Positions 1 to 18,225 of a stretch of DNA of 64,000 nucleotides are shown here, piece after piece. Every line of letters starts with the position of its first letter. The stretch's first letter is position 1. Source of the stretch: Takakia lepidozioides (lineage: Eukaryota > Plantae > Bryophyta); NCBI GenBank assembly GCA_030704615.1, contig CM060733.1:49662001-49726000 (forward strand), read 5' to 3'. The notes below the pieces were generated by a model, which was not told where the DNA came from, did not search any database, and saw nothing but the letters and a program-made list of their open reading frames with translations. The position numbers and the translations under genes were made by a program.

Positions 1-162
1 GGCACATGTTCTAGCTTTGCTGTTAAGTGGGGCTATGGCCATAGGGCTATCATTTCAATACACCGCCTGCCTTCTTTACCACTATTGGTCCATGGTATTT
101 TGGTATCATGGAACTGGTGCATATGCTTGTCTACAATAAAGCTTTTCACTGCGTCCGTGCAG

Positions 163-3100
163 AGTCGTACATTTGTGGGCCGAGGTTTACGGGAGGGTGT
201 TGTCGATAACATCAAGTGAGTGTCTTGGTTTTGGATAACACTGTCATATTTGATTTGGACCCTTTGTAGGACATCTGGATGATATTTGAACCTTAAGACA
301 AAACTACATTTTAATGCATATTCAAGAACTTCAAGTCACTCTTGAAACAACTGGAGATCTGATCAAATCTCTTGGCTGGTCCTGCAAAGACTCAGAGATT
401 AACCAGGTGGCATCCCAGCTCTTGGCTTCCAAATGAGATGGTTCATGAGGGAGCGCTGTCCTTTGATAGCCAAACTGACAAGCAATAGAAATGGGCATGA
501 TGGTGAAGATATACTGTTGATGGTGAGGCTTACAATCATGAATTTGGCCGTTGGATATTAAGTAGGAGAGTATCATTTGAGTGAGGTTATGGAAGATCCC
601 TCTTGTGGGGGGTGACAGCTGTGGTGCTTTCAAGGCAAGGCATTCTTGGATGGTGGGTGCAGTCCTTTTGTAGGTTCTGTTGACAGGTAGCACCTCCTGA
701 TCACAGAGGTGCTGCCAAAATCCTCCTGAAGTTGTTGATGTATTAACCTTGGATTGAAGAAAATCCTCCAGTGGTTCTCAGTGTTATATGTTCTCTTACT
801 TCTCTAACTCCCTCTATGTGACCCTTCGGATTGGCAGGTACACAGTGTTCTGGTTGCTAGTACTAGCATCAAAGTTTGCTTTCAGCTACTTCCTTCAGGT
901 AAACCACAGCTACTGATGCTCTTTTGTTCCCAATGGTGCCTGCACATATGGCACTGTAGGTCCTTTTGTGCAATTCTGTTGGAGAGTGCTCTCTTGCTGT
1001 AGATCCTGTTGTGGTCCTGTCCCCCACATTTTCGTTTATTGCTGCATATATAGCAATGCTATCATCGATCTTCTTACCACCTTGTCCCACATTCTGATTT
1101 GATTTATGCTTCTGCTTTGGGCAGATCAAGCCTTTGATAAAGCCCACCAAAGAAATTCTACAGATCAGAAACATCACATACAAGTGGCACGAGTTTTTTG
1201 CACACGGTATGGAGCTGCTAGTCCTTGTGCTATTTGCTGTCCTAGTCGGTCTAGGACATGACATTCTCAGGTCCTTCTCTTTGACTTACAGGTTTGATCT
1301 TGATGAACCTTGATCACTTGGCATGTGCACCGGTGGACATTTCCTTTGACTTATGTCATGAGAATTGGCAATGGATAGGAGACTTAAAAATCATAGGTCT
1401 TGTGGATGAAGATGCCTCAATGGGTGGACATGATTCTTCATCTGTTCCAGGTGTCCTCCTTTTTATGGAGGGTCGGCACTGATAACCTTAATCACTTGCT
1501 CAGAGTCCCTTTGTTGTGGGTTTCTGCAGGCAATCGGGCTGCTGTAGTCGCATTGTGGGCTCCAGTAATTCTGGTAACAATTTGATTGAGTCTTGTCACT
1601 TTCAAAGTCCCTTCAAAGTTCTAACTGGTGTTACAGCTGTCTATAAAAGGTGGAGGGTTTGTTGGCTCATGGAACTGATTCTACAGCGCTATACAATGTG
1701 AAGAGAACAGCTTATCAGTCTGTAGGTTGTGCTTACTGCAAACCAGAAGCAGTATGTATTCTTTGCTGTATTAACACAGATCAGTGTGAGGTGTCATAGA
1801 CAAGGATGCACTTGTCCTGTTTCAACATTTAACAGATGCAAATGGACACACCAAAGTTTTAATTGCTGCTGTTGTTTTGTCCAGATCTATTTTATGGATA
1901 CGCAGATTTGGTATTCTATTTGGTCTGCCCTTGTTGGAGCTTTAGTGGGTCTCTTTGAACATCTTGGAGAGGTCATTCTTTTCTATCTCTACACTTAGTT
2001 GAATGTGACATAAATCTTGAGATGTTCCTACATTCCTCTATCCAAGTCGCATTGAACTGCTGGTATGCAGTCATTAGCATACTGTCCGATACAAGTCTTC
2101 TCGTCTTAGTCATACATATCACTAGACCTTCAATGGATATTTGTTGTATGGATGTGTTCTGTTTGTTTGTGAAAATCACGATAGAGCAGTTTTGTTATTT
2201 GTTAATTAAGTCATGCCTCATTTTAGTAAGTTCTCACTTTTGCTGTTGTCAGTCGGCACACTTAGGACATCAGATATTCACTTTCACGTTCTTATGCAGA
2301 TTCGAAATGTACAACAACTTAAATTGCGGTTTCAGATCTTTCCTAGTGCATCTCAGTTTATTCTCATGCCCGAGGAAGTGTCTGTCACTCAAAAGTATGT
2401 TCTTACCTCTTTTCTTGCTGCTTTTGTTTTGTGGGGTATCTCTGCTTGATCAATGGTTGTGAGGTTTGATGGGAGGGTTCATTGCGGAGCCACAGCTGGT
2501 AGCAACAACTCCACTTTTACTTTATTTGTAAGGATTTCCCCTGAGGGAAAACTTTGAAAACCAAAAATCTCGATCAGGGGAGAGTGGTAAAGCAAACCAC
2601 CTTGAGGAATAGCAAGAGGGGCAGAACAGGCAAAGGCCACAATGCACGCGATTGCCACTGAGGAAAAGAGTATGACATGATAGATTTTTTATTTTGACAA
2701 CTTCACTTGCCTTTGGACCTTGTCAATTTTGGAGCATCTCAGTTATTCTAGCTCTACAACCTTTTCTTGAAACAGAACTATCCAGGTCCAAGTGATTTGC
2801 CCTAATTTCCATTTTGTGAGAGGATGGTTCTGGCCTTGCTGAATTACATCTGTTTATCCAAATGGCTGACAAAATAGTTTCAGGACCCAGCCTCTTGATG
2901 TTGCATGTGCGTAGCTATTTTTTCATATGCATGTTGCACGCAAGCTGTTTGGGTTGGAATGTAAGACATCTAATCTTTCTTACTACATGAACATGGCTTT
3001 TTTTTTCTTTTTTTTTTCTTACTACATGAACATCAAACATGAAGCATAAGCCACCTCCAGAACTCGAAGATGGGTGCAAAGGGTAACAAGATAAAGAAGA

Positions 3101-6100
3101 AGGTTCTGACACTCCTGGGATCTGCAAATTCATTCTGGAACAAAGAACTGCAGATTGGCAGATCCTCACTGTTGGTGACCAGCACTGAAGAAAGCAGTAA
3201 TACCAGAAATGGTTCCTACAAAAGCCTCCTTACCTTATAATTGAGGTAGAGAGCATCCATGATAATAACCCTTCTTGGGGGACTTAGATTGTACTCATAA
3301 GACGTTGTTTGCCGTAGCCTTGTGGCCATTGACCCTGCGCCCAGTTTGAGCGGGAACAAAAGGGACAGAACCTACCTCTGTGTTGGTAGTAAGACTTACC
3401 TTCATATAAAGAATTAATCCGGGTTTTCCAGATATCCTCTAGAAATCCCTTCACACAAGCATCAATCTGCTGTGTGTGATTTGCCTCAGGAGGGCCTGGG
3501 CTTTTGGCTCAGCCTCGAGACTTTCAAAGTTGGTAAACAGGGGTACAGGCACAATTCCCTTGATAGAGTTGAAGAGAGCGTCTCTTTGGTGAGAGAACCC
3601 CGGACAGTGTATCAGAAAATGAATACTGTCTTCAGATTGCCCACACAATGGGCAATTGCACTCTCCCTTCTTGGGGGACTTAGAGCAGGGTTTGTGCCTT
3701 TACTTTTCACATTTCTCTTTTTGTTCCCCATTAGCTCTCGACCTTTCCGTGGATGTTCTTTCCGGGAGGCATCCTTGACTAAAGAATCTTGCGGCCCAAT
3801 CCCCTGTCTGCCGCTCTTTCTACCTCTCCCCATAGGGTATTGGGGATGTTTAGGGTGGGCTCCCACAGTCTGCGGACAGAGACTGGTAGGTGGAACAACC
3901 TGCAACATGAGGACTGCCTGTGCCCTGCTTAAACTGGGAAATTAAAAGTGAAGAACATTTCTTCTTTCCCTCTACTATTGAGATCCGTAGGAGATTCTAT
4001 TGTCTATTCCGAGATACCCAGTCTGTCACGGACATCCTCCATTCACGAAGATCAGAAATGCTTAGCAGCTTATCTGCCTGAGGCTGACTCCTAGACAATC
4101 CCTTGACCAATAGTTGTTTTTGAGCTTGTGGGGGGGGCCTCTCTCTTTCTTGTTTCATGCTTTCTCTTGTCTCAAAAGCTCTTTGAGCTTTCCGCGGCTG
4201 TTACAAAGTATCATGTTGATTCTGGGCTCAATCCTTCAAGATGTTCCTTCAACCATCCATCAGCCCTTGGATAGGCTGGGCGTTGAACAGTAGGTTCTGT
4301 AAGTTTGCTGGACGGAAACATGCTCCTTGGTTTCTCTTGTTGCAGTACTTTGTCTCATAGGCCTTCTGTACCTCTGGTGGAAGTAATTCCTACTGAACTC
4401 CTGTTCTTTTCTATTTTGGCCTTACTGTGGCCCATGACCCACTAGAATTCCTATGGATGCAATAAGCTTCTTCTCCTCCCCTATACCTCTATGCCTCCCC
4501 TGGAAAATACTTCTGTTGTAAGATTTATTCCCAGTGGATCTAATAATTTCCTTGAGCATGATGAATGTGGAATGACCCTGGACCAAGTCAAACTTCAGAA
4601 AGGCATCATTGAGAGGGATCTAACTTCGTTGAGACTCCTTGACACAACATAATTACCACAATGCCATAGCAGTTAGACTGTAATCCAGCCAGCAACCATC
4701 GCTCATTTTGTGTGTTGTTCTAGATGCTATCAAATAGTTCACTAGTGCAGCTTTGTTTTAACAGCAACAGTGTCTGCAAATGTTTGGACAAGCTGTACTG
4801 GAAGGTCAAAGCAGATTAGATTCCAGATGTAATTTTTGGGTTGGGATTCATCTATGAATCTGCTCAATCGTAAAATGGTTAACATGCTTTGGTCTCTTTG
4901 CTCTTAGAATGTCTTTGGAAGTGTCATAGTCTCATTTGTCACTCTGCATCTTCCTTTGCTTCATTTGTCCATGTTCGGAAAGTATTGAACTGCATCGTTT
5001 TTTGAAGGATGTGGGGTGGCTGGCGGGCAAAGATCAAAGACATTTTCAAGCGCTTCAAGCTTCGCTACGGGTGGTCATCTCCATATCAAAAGGTGTTCAT
5101 CTTCATACTCAGTAATCTGTGTTACCTCTGTTCAAAGGTGTTATTGCTGGTGTTATTGCTGATTCAAACGCCCTGTTTGCTGATTCTTCAATAATTTGTA
5201 ACAGGTGGACTCAAAGCAAATTGAAGCAGGACGATTTTCGCATATCTGGAACAAGATTGTTCAAATTTTTCATGAAGAGGATCTCATCAGTGACAGGTCT
5301 ATCTGATTGTCCTTCCATGTAACCTGTAAATGGCGCTTGTATGACCTGCACTGTTTGTTTGGTTTCTAGTGGTAGACAGCAGAAGGTATCCGAATGTTAA
5401 AAGAAGGCGAGCACCCCAATGTGGTGGAGAGACCAGAGCTGAAGATTTCTGTGGGATGTGTCTTCATTCTTGTAATTTATATCATTCAGTTTACTAGTTC
5501 AGAGTTTACTAGGCTCTCACATAAAAATATTCGTTCATACTATTGGAGGAGGGATGGTTCAGTTTTCAGAGATATGGGAGTTCTGTTGTGTTGGAGTTTT
5601 CATTTACCTTTGCATGTGGTGGTTGTATCAATTCAATGTCACACTATTGCTCGAGGATGTTTAAGGTCAGCTGATATGTGCCAGAATGATTTGCTGGTAG
5701 TGGCAGTGGTATGGCAAGAACAATGCCCAATTGTCTGCTAGCCGCAGTAAATTGCTGCTTCATAGTGGATATCTGAATGCAGAGAGCTGGAGCTTCTGGA
5801 AATTCCAACCGCATCTTGGAATGTATCTGTTTTTCAATGGCCTTCAGTGTTGCTGGCAAATGAGGTGCGTCTAAATACTTGTTTTTCTTAAGCTGGTTTG
5901 GTTCCAACCACTGTTTGAATGTCCCCACTGGTGGCCAAGAAGTCTGCTTACTGTTGTTGGTTTGGGCTGAAAGTTTACAAACCTTGGTTTCACTAGTGGC
6001 AATGGTTTTTCTATGTGCAGATTCTGATAGCTCTGGGCCATGTTACATTTCATCACGGTGATGACAAGGCCGTGTGGAGGAAGATCAGTAGCAGTGAATA

Positions 6101-9100
6101 CAGACGATGCGCAGTTATAGAGTCTTATGAAAGCATCAAGCATGTAATCAAGAGAATTGTCAGGGATGATACTGAAGAACACCAGATATTCTTGGCAATT
6201 TTTGAAGAGATTGATACTTCCATCCTCCAGGGGAGGTTTACAGAAACCTTTGCGCTGTATGAGCTCCCTCAAATCCACAAGAGCATATTAGCCCTCCTCA
6301 CCGTTCTTCTAAAACGTCCCACCCCAAAAGATTTGCAGAAGGTGACTTGGTCTGGTGCCTTATCTCGATTGCTTGAAGCTTTCTGTGAGGAAGATGTGCC
6401 TGCTCGTAGCCGTCCAAACCACCATGACTGACAAGGGGGTGTCTTGGTGTGTAGGTGGTGGATGCCTTGCAGAACCTATATGATGTGGTATTGCGGGATT
6501 TTCCAAGAGATGCTGGGGTCCAGGAGGATATCAGAGCACGCGCTGCATACCCACATAACAACAGAGAGGTGCTGCTGTTCACGGAGGCAGTGGAACTGCC
6601 TGACACTGAGGATGAGCCCTTCTTCAAACAACTGCAGCGCCTGCACACTACCCTAAGCACCAAGGAGGCACTACTGAATGTTCCCAGGGGTTTGGAGGCC
6701 AGACGCCGTATTTCCTTCTTCAGCAACTCCCTGTTCATGACCATGCCACGTGCACCGCAGGTATTTACTGTTTGAAATCTGTGCAGGGAAAAAGTATGTG
6801 TAGTGCATGGATTTCAAATTCATAAGGCTGCCAGATTTTGGTGGCATGTGTACTCTATCCCTCGATTCTAGCTGTCTGCATTTGGTCCTTTCAACCTGAG
6901 GTCTCATCCTTGGCATCTCCTCATCTCTTCTGAGTGGTCATCTGTAAGGTGTTGGTTCCAGGGCAGATGCTGATGATGTGAAGTGGATAATGTTGTAGGT
7001 TGACAAAATGCTGGCTTTCAGTGTTTTGACCCCATACTACAGCGAGGAAGTTATTTATACCAAGCAGCAGTTGCGCGAAGAAAATGAGGATGGTGTTAGC
7101 ACCTTATTTTATCTGCAAAAGATTTTCCCAGGTTCATCTCCTATTGATTTACAGGTGCTCGGAATTGTTTTCTTAATAGGTACATTCTGTGAGATGTTTT
7201 CCTCACTTATCCTATCACTGGTTGCCTTCAGATGACTGGAAGAATTTTCTGGAGCGCATGGGAAAAGAGGGTCTCAAAGAGAAAGACTTGTGGGAGACAG
7301 ATGATGCATTTCAACTTCGGATGTGGGCTTCATATCGAGGACAGACACTTGCACGCACTGTGCGTGGTATGATGTACTACGAAAGGTTGGTTCTATGCTG
7401 ACGAAAGTATTGTTGCTAAGGGCATGACGAAGGCCTTTCCAGCCTGTACTTAGTCTGGATCCCTAAATAGGCAGTCTTATCTTGGCCAATGGCTTCAGCT
7501 CACGTCCCAGCTCCAGGGATGTCTTGCACAGAACTCTCTGCCATTTTGAGCTGTGTACCTGTCGGAATTTTTCTTCCTTTCTGTCCTTCCTATAAAGTAC
7601 CATTTCATTTCATTTCATTTCCTTTTTGTCCACCTCATTGCCATTCCTTTCTTGTGCCAGGGCGCTTGAGTTGCAAGCCTTTTTGGACACAGCATCAGAG
7701 GTTGAGGTGTTGGGCTATCGTGAGCTATTGGATCGAGCTTCAAGTATGACTAGTGAGGGGTCCTTTGGGCGGCTGCCCCAAAACATCTCACCATCAAATT
7801 CTGACTCTGCGGATAGCGACAAAAAGCAGCAGGAGCTTGCAACTGCTGCCATGAAGTTCACATATGTGGTGACTTGCCAAATATATGGATCACAGAAGCA
7901 AAAAGGCGACAATCGTGCCAGAGATATCTTGCATTTGATGAAGACATACAAATCTCTCCGGATTGCTTATATTGATGAAGTTCCAGCTGGGAGGGATTCT
8001 AAGCAATACTATTCTGTCTTGGTCAAGTATGACCCGATTGTGCAGGCGGAGGTGGAAATATACAGAATTATGCTACCAGGACCTATGAAGCTGGGAGAAG
8101 GGAAACCAGAGAATCAGAATCATGCTATTATCTTTACTAGGGGTGATGCTCTCCAAACAATAGACATGAACCAGGTATCTGGTTGTGTTTGACACATGTG
8201 AGCCAAGGTGTTGTGTATTTGCTGCTGCAGCTTGCCTTCTCACACTGCCTTCTTTGTCTTTGCAATTCTGGCTTTTATATTATGAGAACGTTATGCCTGG
8301 ATGTACTCATATTTACATGCTGTATGCTGAGGCAGGAACATTATTTTGAGGAGGCAATCAAGATGCGGAATCTGCTTCAGGAGTTCAATCAGTCTCGTGG
8401 AGTTCGGAAACCCACAATCTTGGGAGTCCGAGAGCATGTCTTCACTGGGTCTGTGTCATCGTTGGCCTGGTTTATGTCGGCCCAAGAGACAAGTTTTGTT
8501 ACCCTTGGCCAACGGGTCCTTGCCAATCCTCTGAAAGTGCGGATGCATTATGGGCATCCAGATGTTTTTGATCGATTGTGGTTTCTTTCTCGTGGAGGTA
8601 TTAGCAAAGCATCACGAACGATCAACATCAGCGAGGACATATTTGCAGGGTTTAATTGTACCTTGCGTGGTGGCACTGTCACCCACCATGAATACATCCA
8701 GGTCATCTGTCTTTACCAAGACCGGACTTAGTGGTCATTGAATGAAGCTTTTGTTGGATGCTTTTAGAAAGGTGAACCATTAAGCCTACCAAAAACTTTT
8801 CATAACTTCCAGACTGCACTCAATGGCATATTCTATTCTGATCCTCTGATCAAATGAAGTAATTATATGACTCCTCAGCTGCAGGAGGGGAACTGGTTAT
8901 TCAGAGTTTGCAAGTAAGGTCATGCATGAGTGAGCAGTTCGGGTGTGCTTTGGTTCTGAAAGGCCTTTGTTTCTAAGCAAGGATTGATTGACTATGGCAG
9001 GCTGGCAAGGGACGGGATGTGGGGCTGAACCAGATTTCACTATTTGAAGCAAAAGTGGCTAGTGGCAATGGGGAGCAGGTCTTAAGTCGGGATGTGTACC

Positions 9101-10603
9101 GCCTCGGTCACCGCCTGGATTTCTTTCGAATGCTCTCATTCTATTACAGTACGGTTGGATTTTTTATAAATAACATGATGATTGTCCTGACTGTTTACTC
9201 CTTTCTCTATGGCCGCGTGTACTTGGCCTTAAGTGGGGTGGAGGCTTCAATAACAAGTGCCTCCAATGCTCTGAACAACTCAGCACTGACGGCCATCTTG
9301 AATCAGCAGTTAGTTGTGCAGTTGGGGTTGCTGACTGCTCTGCCCATGGTTGTGGAAAATGCTTTAGAGCATGGCTTCACGAGGGCTATCTGGGAATTTT
9401 GCACCATGCAGTTGCAGTTGGCATCGGTCTTTTTTACATTCTCCATGGGCACTCGCACTCATTTCTTTGGCCGTACCCTCCTCCATGGTGGCGCAAAGGT
9501 GTGCTTCTTGCACTTCATTGTGTTATAGGATTCTTGTTACCGCTTTGACAATGGTTCCACTGTTGCAGTGAGTGCATATTGATCTCTTTTGTTCGGAATG
9601 GTATCTTGCAAACTTGATGTTAATCCTGTTGTGTGGGACTTCGGTTGTGCAGTATAGGGCAACCGGGCGTGGCTTTGTTGTGAGGCATGAAAGATTTGCT
9701 GAGAATTATAGGCTTTACTCCAGGAGCCACTTCGTCAAAGCAGTTGAGCTTGTTATACTACTGACATTGTATTCAGCCTATGGGGTCGCCACCTCAACTG
9801 CAACTTACATCCTTGTGACAATTACCAGCTGGTTCTTGGCACTCTCCTGGCTTATGGCTCCTTTCATTTTCAACCCCTCGGGCTTTGATTGGCTGAAAAC
9901 AGTGGATGATTATGATGACTTCATGAACTGGCTGTGGTACAAGGGGGGTGTTTTCGTGAAAGCAGAGCAAAGTTGGGAGGTTTGGTGGGGTGAGGAACAA
10001 TCCCATCTGCGCACCACTGGCTTGTGGGGCAAGCTGCTGGAAATTGTACTGGACTTGCGTTTCTTCTTCTTCCAGTACGGCATTGTGTACCAGCTTGGCA
10101 TTGCCAGCAAAAACAAGAGCATTTTGGTCTACCTGATCTCCTGGAGTTATGTGTTCGTAGCTGGGTTGTTCCACTTGGTCCTTTCCACTGCCAATGAGCG
10201 CTATGCTGCCAAACGCCATGGCCTCTACCGGCTCATTCAAGCTCTCCTTATCTCCCTCATTGTTGTGATTCTTGCGCTTCTGCTGGTGCTGACTAATTTA
10301 AAGATAGTGGACCTTCTTACCAGCTTGCTCGCGTTTATGCCGACTGGCTGGGCTATTATCCAGATTTGCCTTGTGTTGAAGACCCCCTTTTTGGAGAACA
10401 CAAGGGCATGGGGGACAGTGGTTGCTGTGGCACGCTTGTATGAGCTGGGCATGGCACTTGTAGTCATGCTCCCTGTTGCACTGCTCTCATGGCTGCCAGG
10501 TTTCCAGGCAATGCAGACAAGGATTCTCTTCAATGAAGCGTTCAGCCGGGGCCTTCAGATGACTCGTATTGTGGCCGGTAAAAGATCCAGTCCTGGACTA
10601 TAA
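163..10603 (+). CDS. CALS: Callose synthase (1,3-beta-glucan synthase, GT48), 5'-partial, GSL1/GSL5 (CalS11/12)-like
   Basis: GT-AG exons about 163-215, 838-898, 1125-1206, 1530-1573, 1885-1971, 2300-2394, 5008-5092, 5205-5296, 5783-5864, 6021-6341, 6455-6760, 6999-7131, 7232-7385, 7661-8174, 8336-8701, 9001-9498, 9653-10603, with compatible phases. Motifs: [84 protein letters not shown]. The start lies upstream of the window. Confidence 0.97.
3289..3664 (-). mobile_element. 5'-truncated copy of non-LTR retrotransposon family A (3' end including CCHC region) in a callose synthase intron
   Basis: Reverse complement of the 3' end of the 45030-47650 element. Encodes [19 protein letters not shown]. 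Flanked by a perfect 20-bp direct repeat CCCTTCTTGGGGGACTTAGA at 3269-3288 and 3665-3684. Confidence 0.93.
4165..4215 (+). repeat. Repeat family B 3'-end motif (hairpin AAAGCTC-TTT-GAGCTTT)
   Basis: Similar to 21005-21069 and 24848-24890 (TGTC..A.AAGCTCT.TGAGCTTTCCGCGG..GTTA.AAAG). Confidence 0.6.
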
Positions 10604-11608
10604 GGACAGTGACTTCCTCTAGGAACTTGCCTCCGTGGTGACTTCAGCAAACCTTGGTGGGCAAAGATAGCAACTTTCAGAACTGCCTTTGAGACGTCAC
10701 TATCATGTCAGTTTGACTCCGAAGTGTATATGGCTGCAGCATGAGCAGTCTGTTATCTGATTGGATGGGCTATCCTTACAATGAAGGTTAAAATCATTGT
10801 AAAGTTGAGATTCAAGTGTAGGGACTGCAGTTGGGCCTTATCCTTGAGATGATTATGGACACACATCCAAGATCTTGTTGCAGCAATTTTCCAGATGTCA
10901 CTGGGGTTAGGCAGGGCGAATATATGTAGAGCGATACCTGCATTTGTATAGCACACTTGTCCACTGCCCTGGACACATGTCCTCTGTAATGTCCTCTGCA
11001 AGCTGACAGAGTTCTGAAATTTTGGATTTCTATTTCACACTTCCTATAGTAGAATTTCTCCCCAGCTGGCTGTTTGCCTGCCGGGTTGTATTTCTCTGAG
11101 AAATATCCAACTAGCAGAGGTTCTTACTTGATAGGGGATTCTGCTGGGATGTTCTGGTTCCTTACCGAGGAGGACCCATTTTTCTAAGTTGAATGCTTTC
11201 CTGGCAGTTTCCTGGCAGTATCTGCTATAGAAAGAACCTCTGATTTTTTCATTGTTTTTACTTGCAAAGTCCCCTCCTGGACATTATGCAGTTTCCTTTC
11301 CTGACTCCAAAATGTACAGTGATTCTGCAGATTTGAAACTACAAATTTCAATAGTCGCTAAGAAGGACAGAGAAGGATCTTCCCTGTGCCCCCAATGAAT
11401 TCAGAAGTCACTTTAAAAGATGGAGGTATATGTCAGTGCACTAGATGAGTATAACCCTAATAATGAAGCTCAATGAAGAAAATATGGCCTTTTGTCTTTC
11501 TCAATGGAAAGCAGCAAAACAAACACAAAAAGTGAAGGATGTGGGCGAACGCAAGCAAGAGGTATATTGGCGTGTAAAGCGCACAGCGTGAGCAAAGGAA
11601 GTGTGGAG

Positions 11609-17370
<5,762 letters not shown>

Positions 17371-18225
17371 TTTTGCACAGGATGATTTTGATAAAGTGCT
17401 TGGTATTGTACTAGCAGCAAGGAAATTGGGATTATGAGGATGTCTAGAGGCTCTACCCCACCTGGGTGAGAATGGACGAGTTCTTTCAAGGAGATTCACC
17501 TCCCCACACGCCCGTGGGTTGAACATCTGCATTGTTTACACTGTTAGCACACAAGGAGATGTATAGAAACTTGCACCTGACACATCACACGTCCACAACT
17601 GGATCAATGCATCGGCTCCACTAGATCCCCTCATGGTTACGTGATGAAAGTTCTGTTGTTTGTCTTCAAATCCAAATGGGCAGCCTGCCTATGTAGGCAG
17701 AGCTCACACTAGAGCACGCATACAAACAAGCATCAGTGAACCACTTCATGAATCCCCGAATACAGTCAGTATCTATGAAGTAAGTCTCAAGCCCTAAGGC
17801 TGAAGCCTTGTGGCAGCTCTCCATAAATCTGTGGTGTCAGCCTCTCTCTATTCCTCTCTCCTCCTGTCTCAACCTCCTTTTGAAGGAAGAAAAGAAACTG
17901 CAGTTTCCAAGTGATCCATTCTGCTACAAGAACATTCATTGAAAAGATCAGAAAGCATCAGTCAACAGAGTTTTGGACAACACGCATCTACACAGAGTTG
18001 TATATGAGCCATTTGATAAACTTCGGATTCATTCTGTTTGTTCTATTCTTTCTGTCTGCACTTCAGCGCCATAGCTGCCCCGCCCCACACTCTCTCCTCT
18101 TCTGAGAAGGTCACACAGTCCACACCGATTTCCAGCTCCACTGCAGCAGCTACAGGAGCGAACTGATCAACTCTCAAACTCTGCATAGCAGGGCACGGCT
18201 TAGTAGCAGTCTACTTTCCTATCGG

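Noticed and set aside
331-693. 120-aa minus-strand ORF inside a callose synthase intron
   Set aside because: No recognisable motif and a non-ATG start. Probably chance or a decayed repeat.
5644-10533. Antisense and alternate-frame ORFs overlapping callose synthase (and likewise over the kinase, FBL4 and ARABIDILLO)
   Set aside because: Shadow ORFs of real coding exons with no independent protein features.
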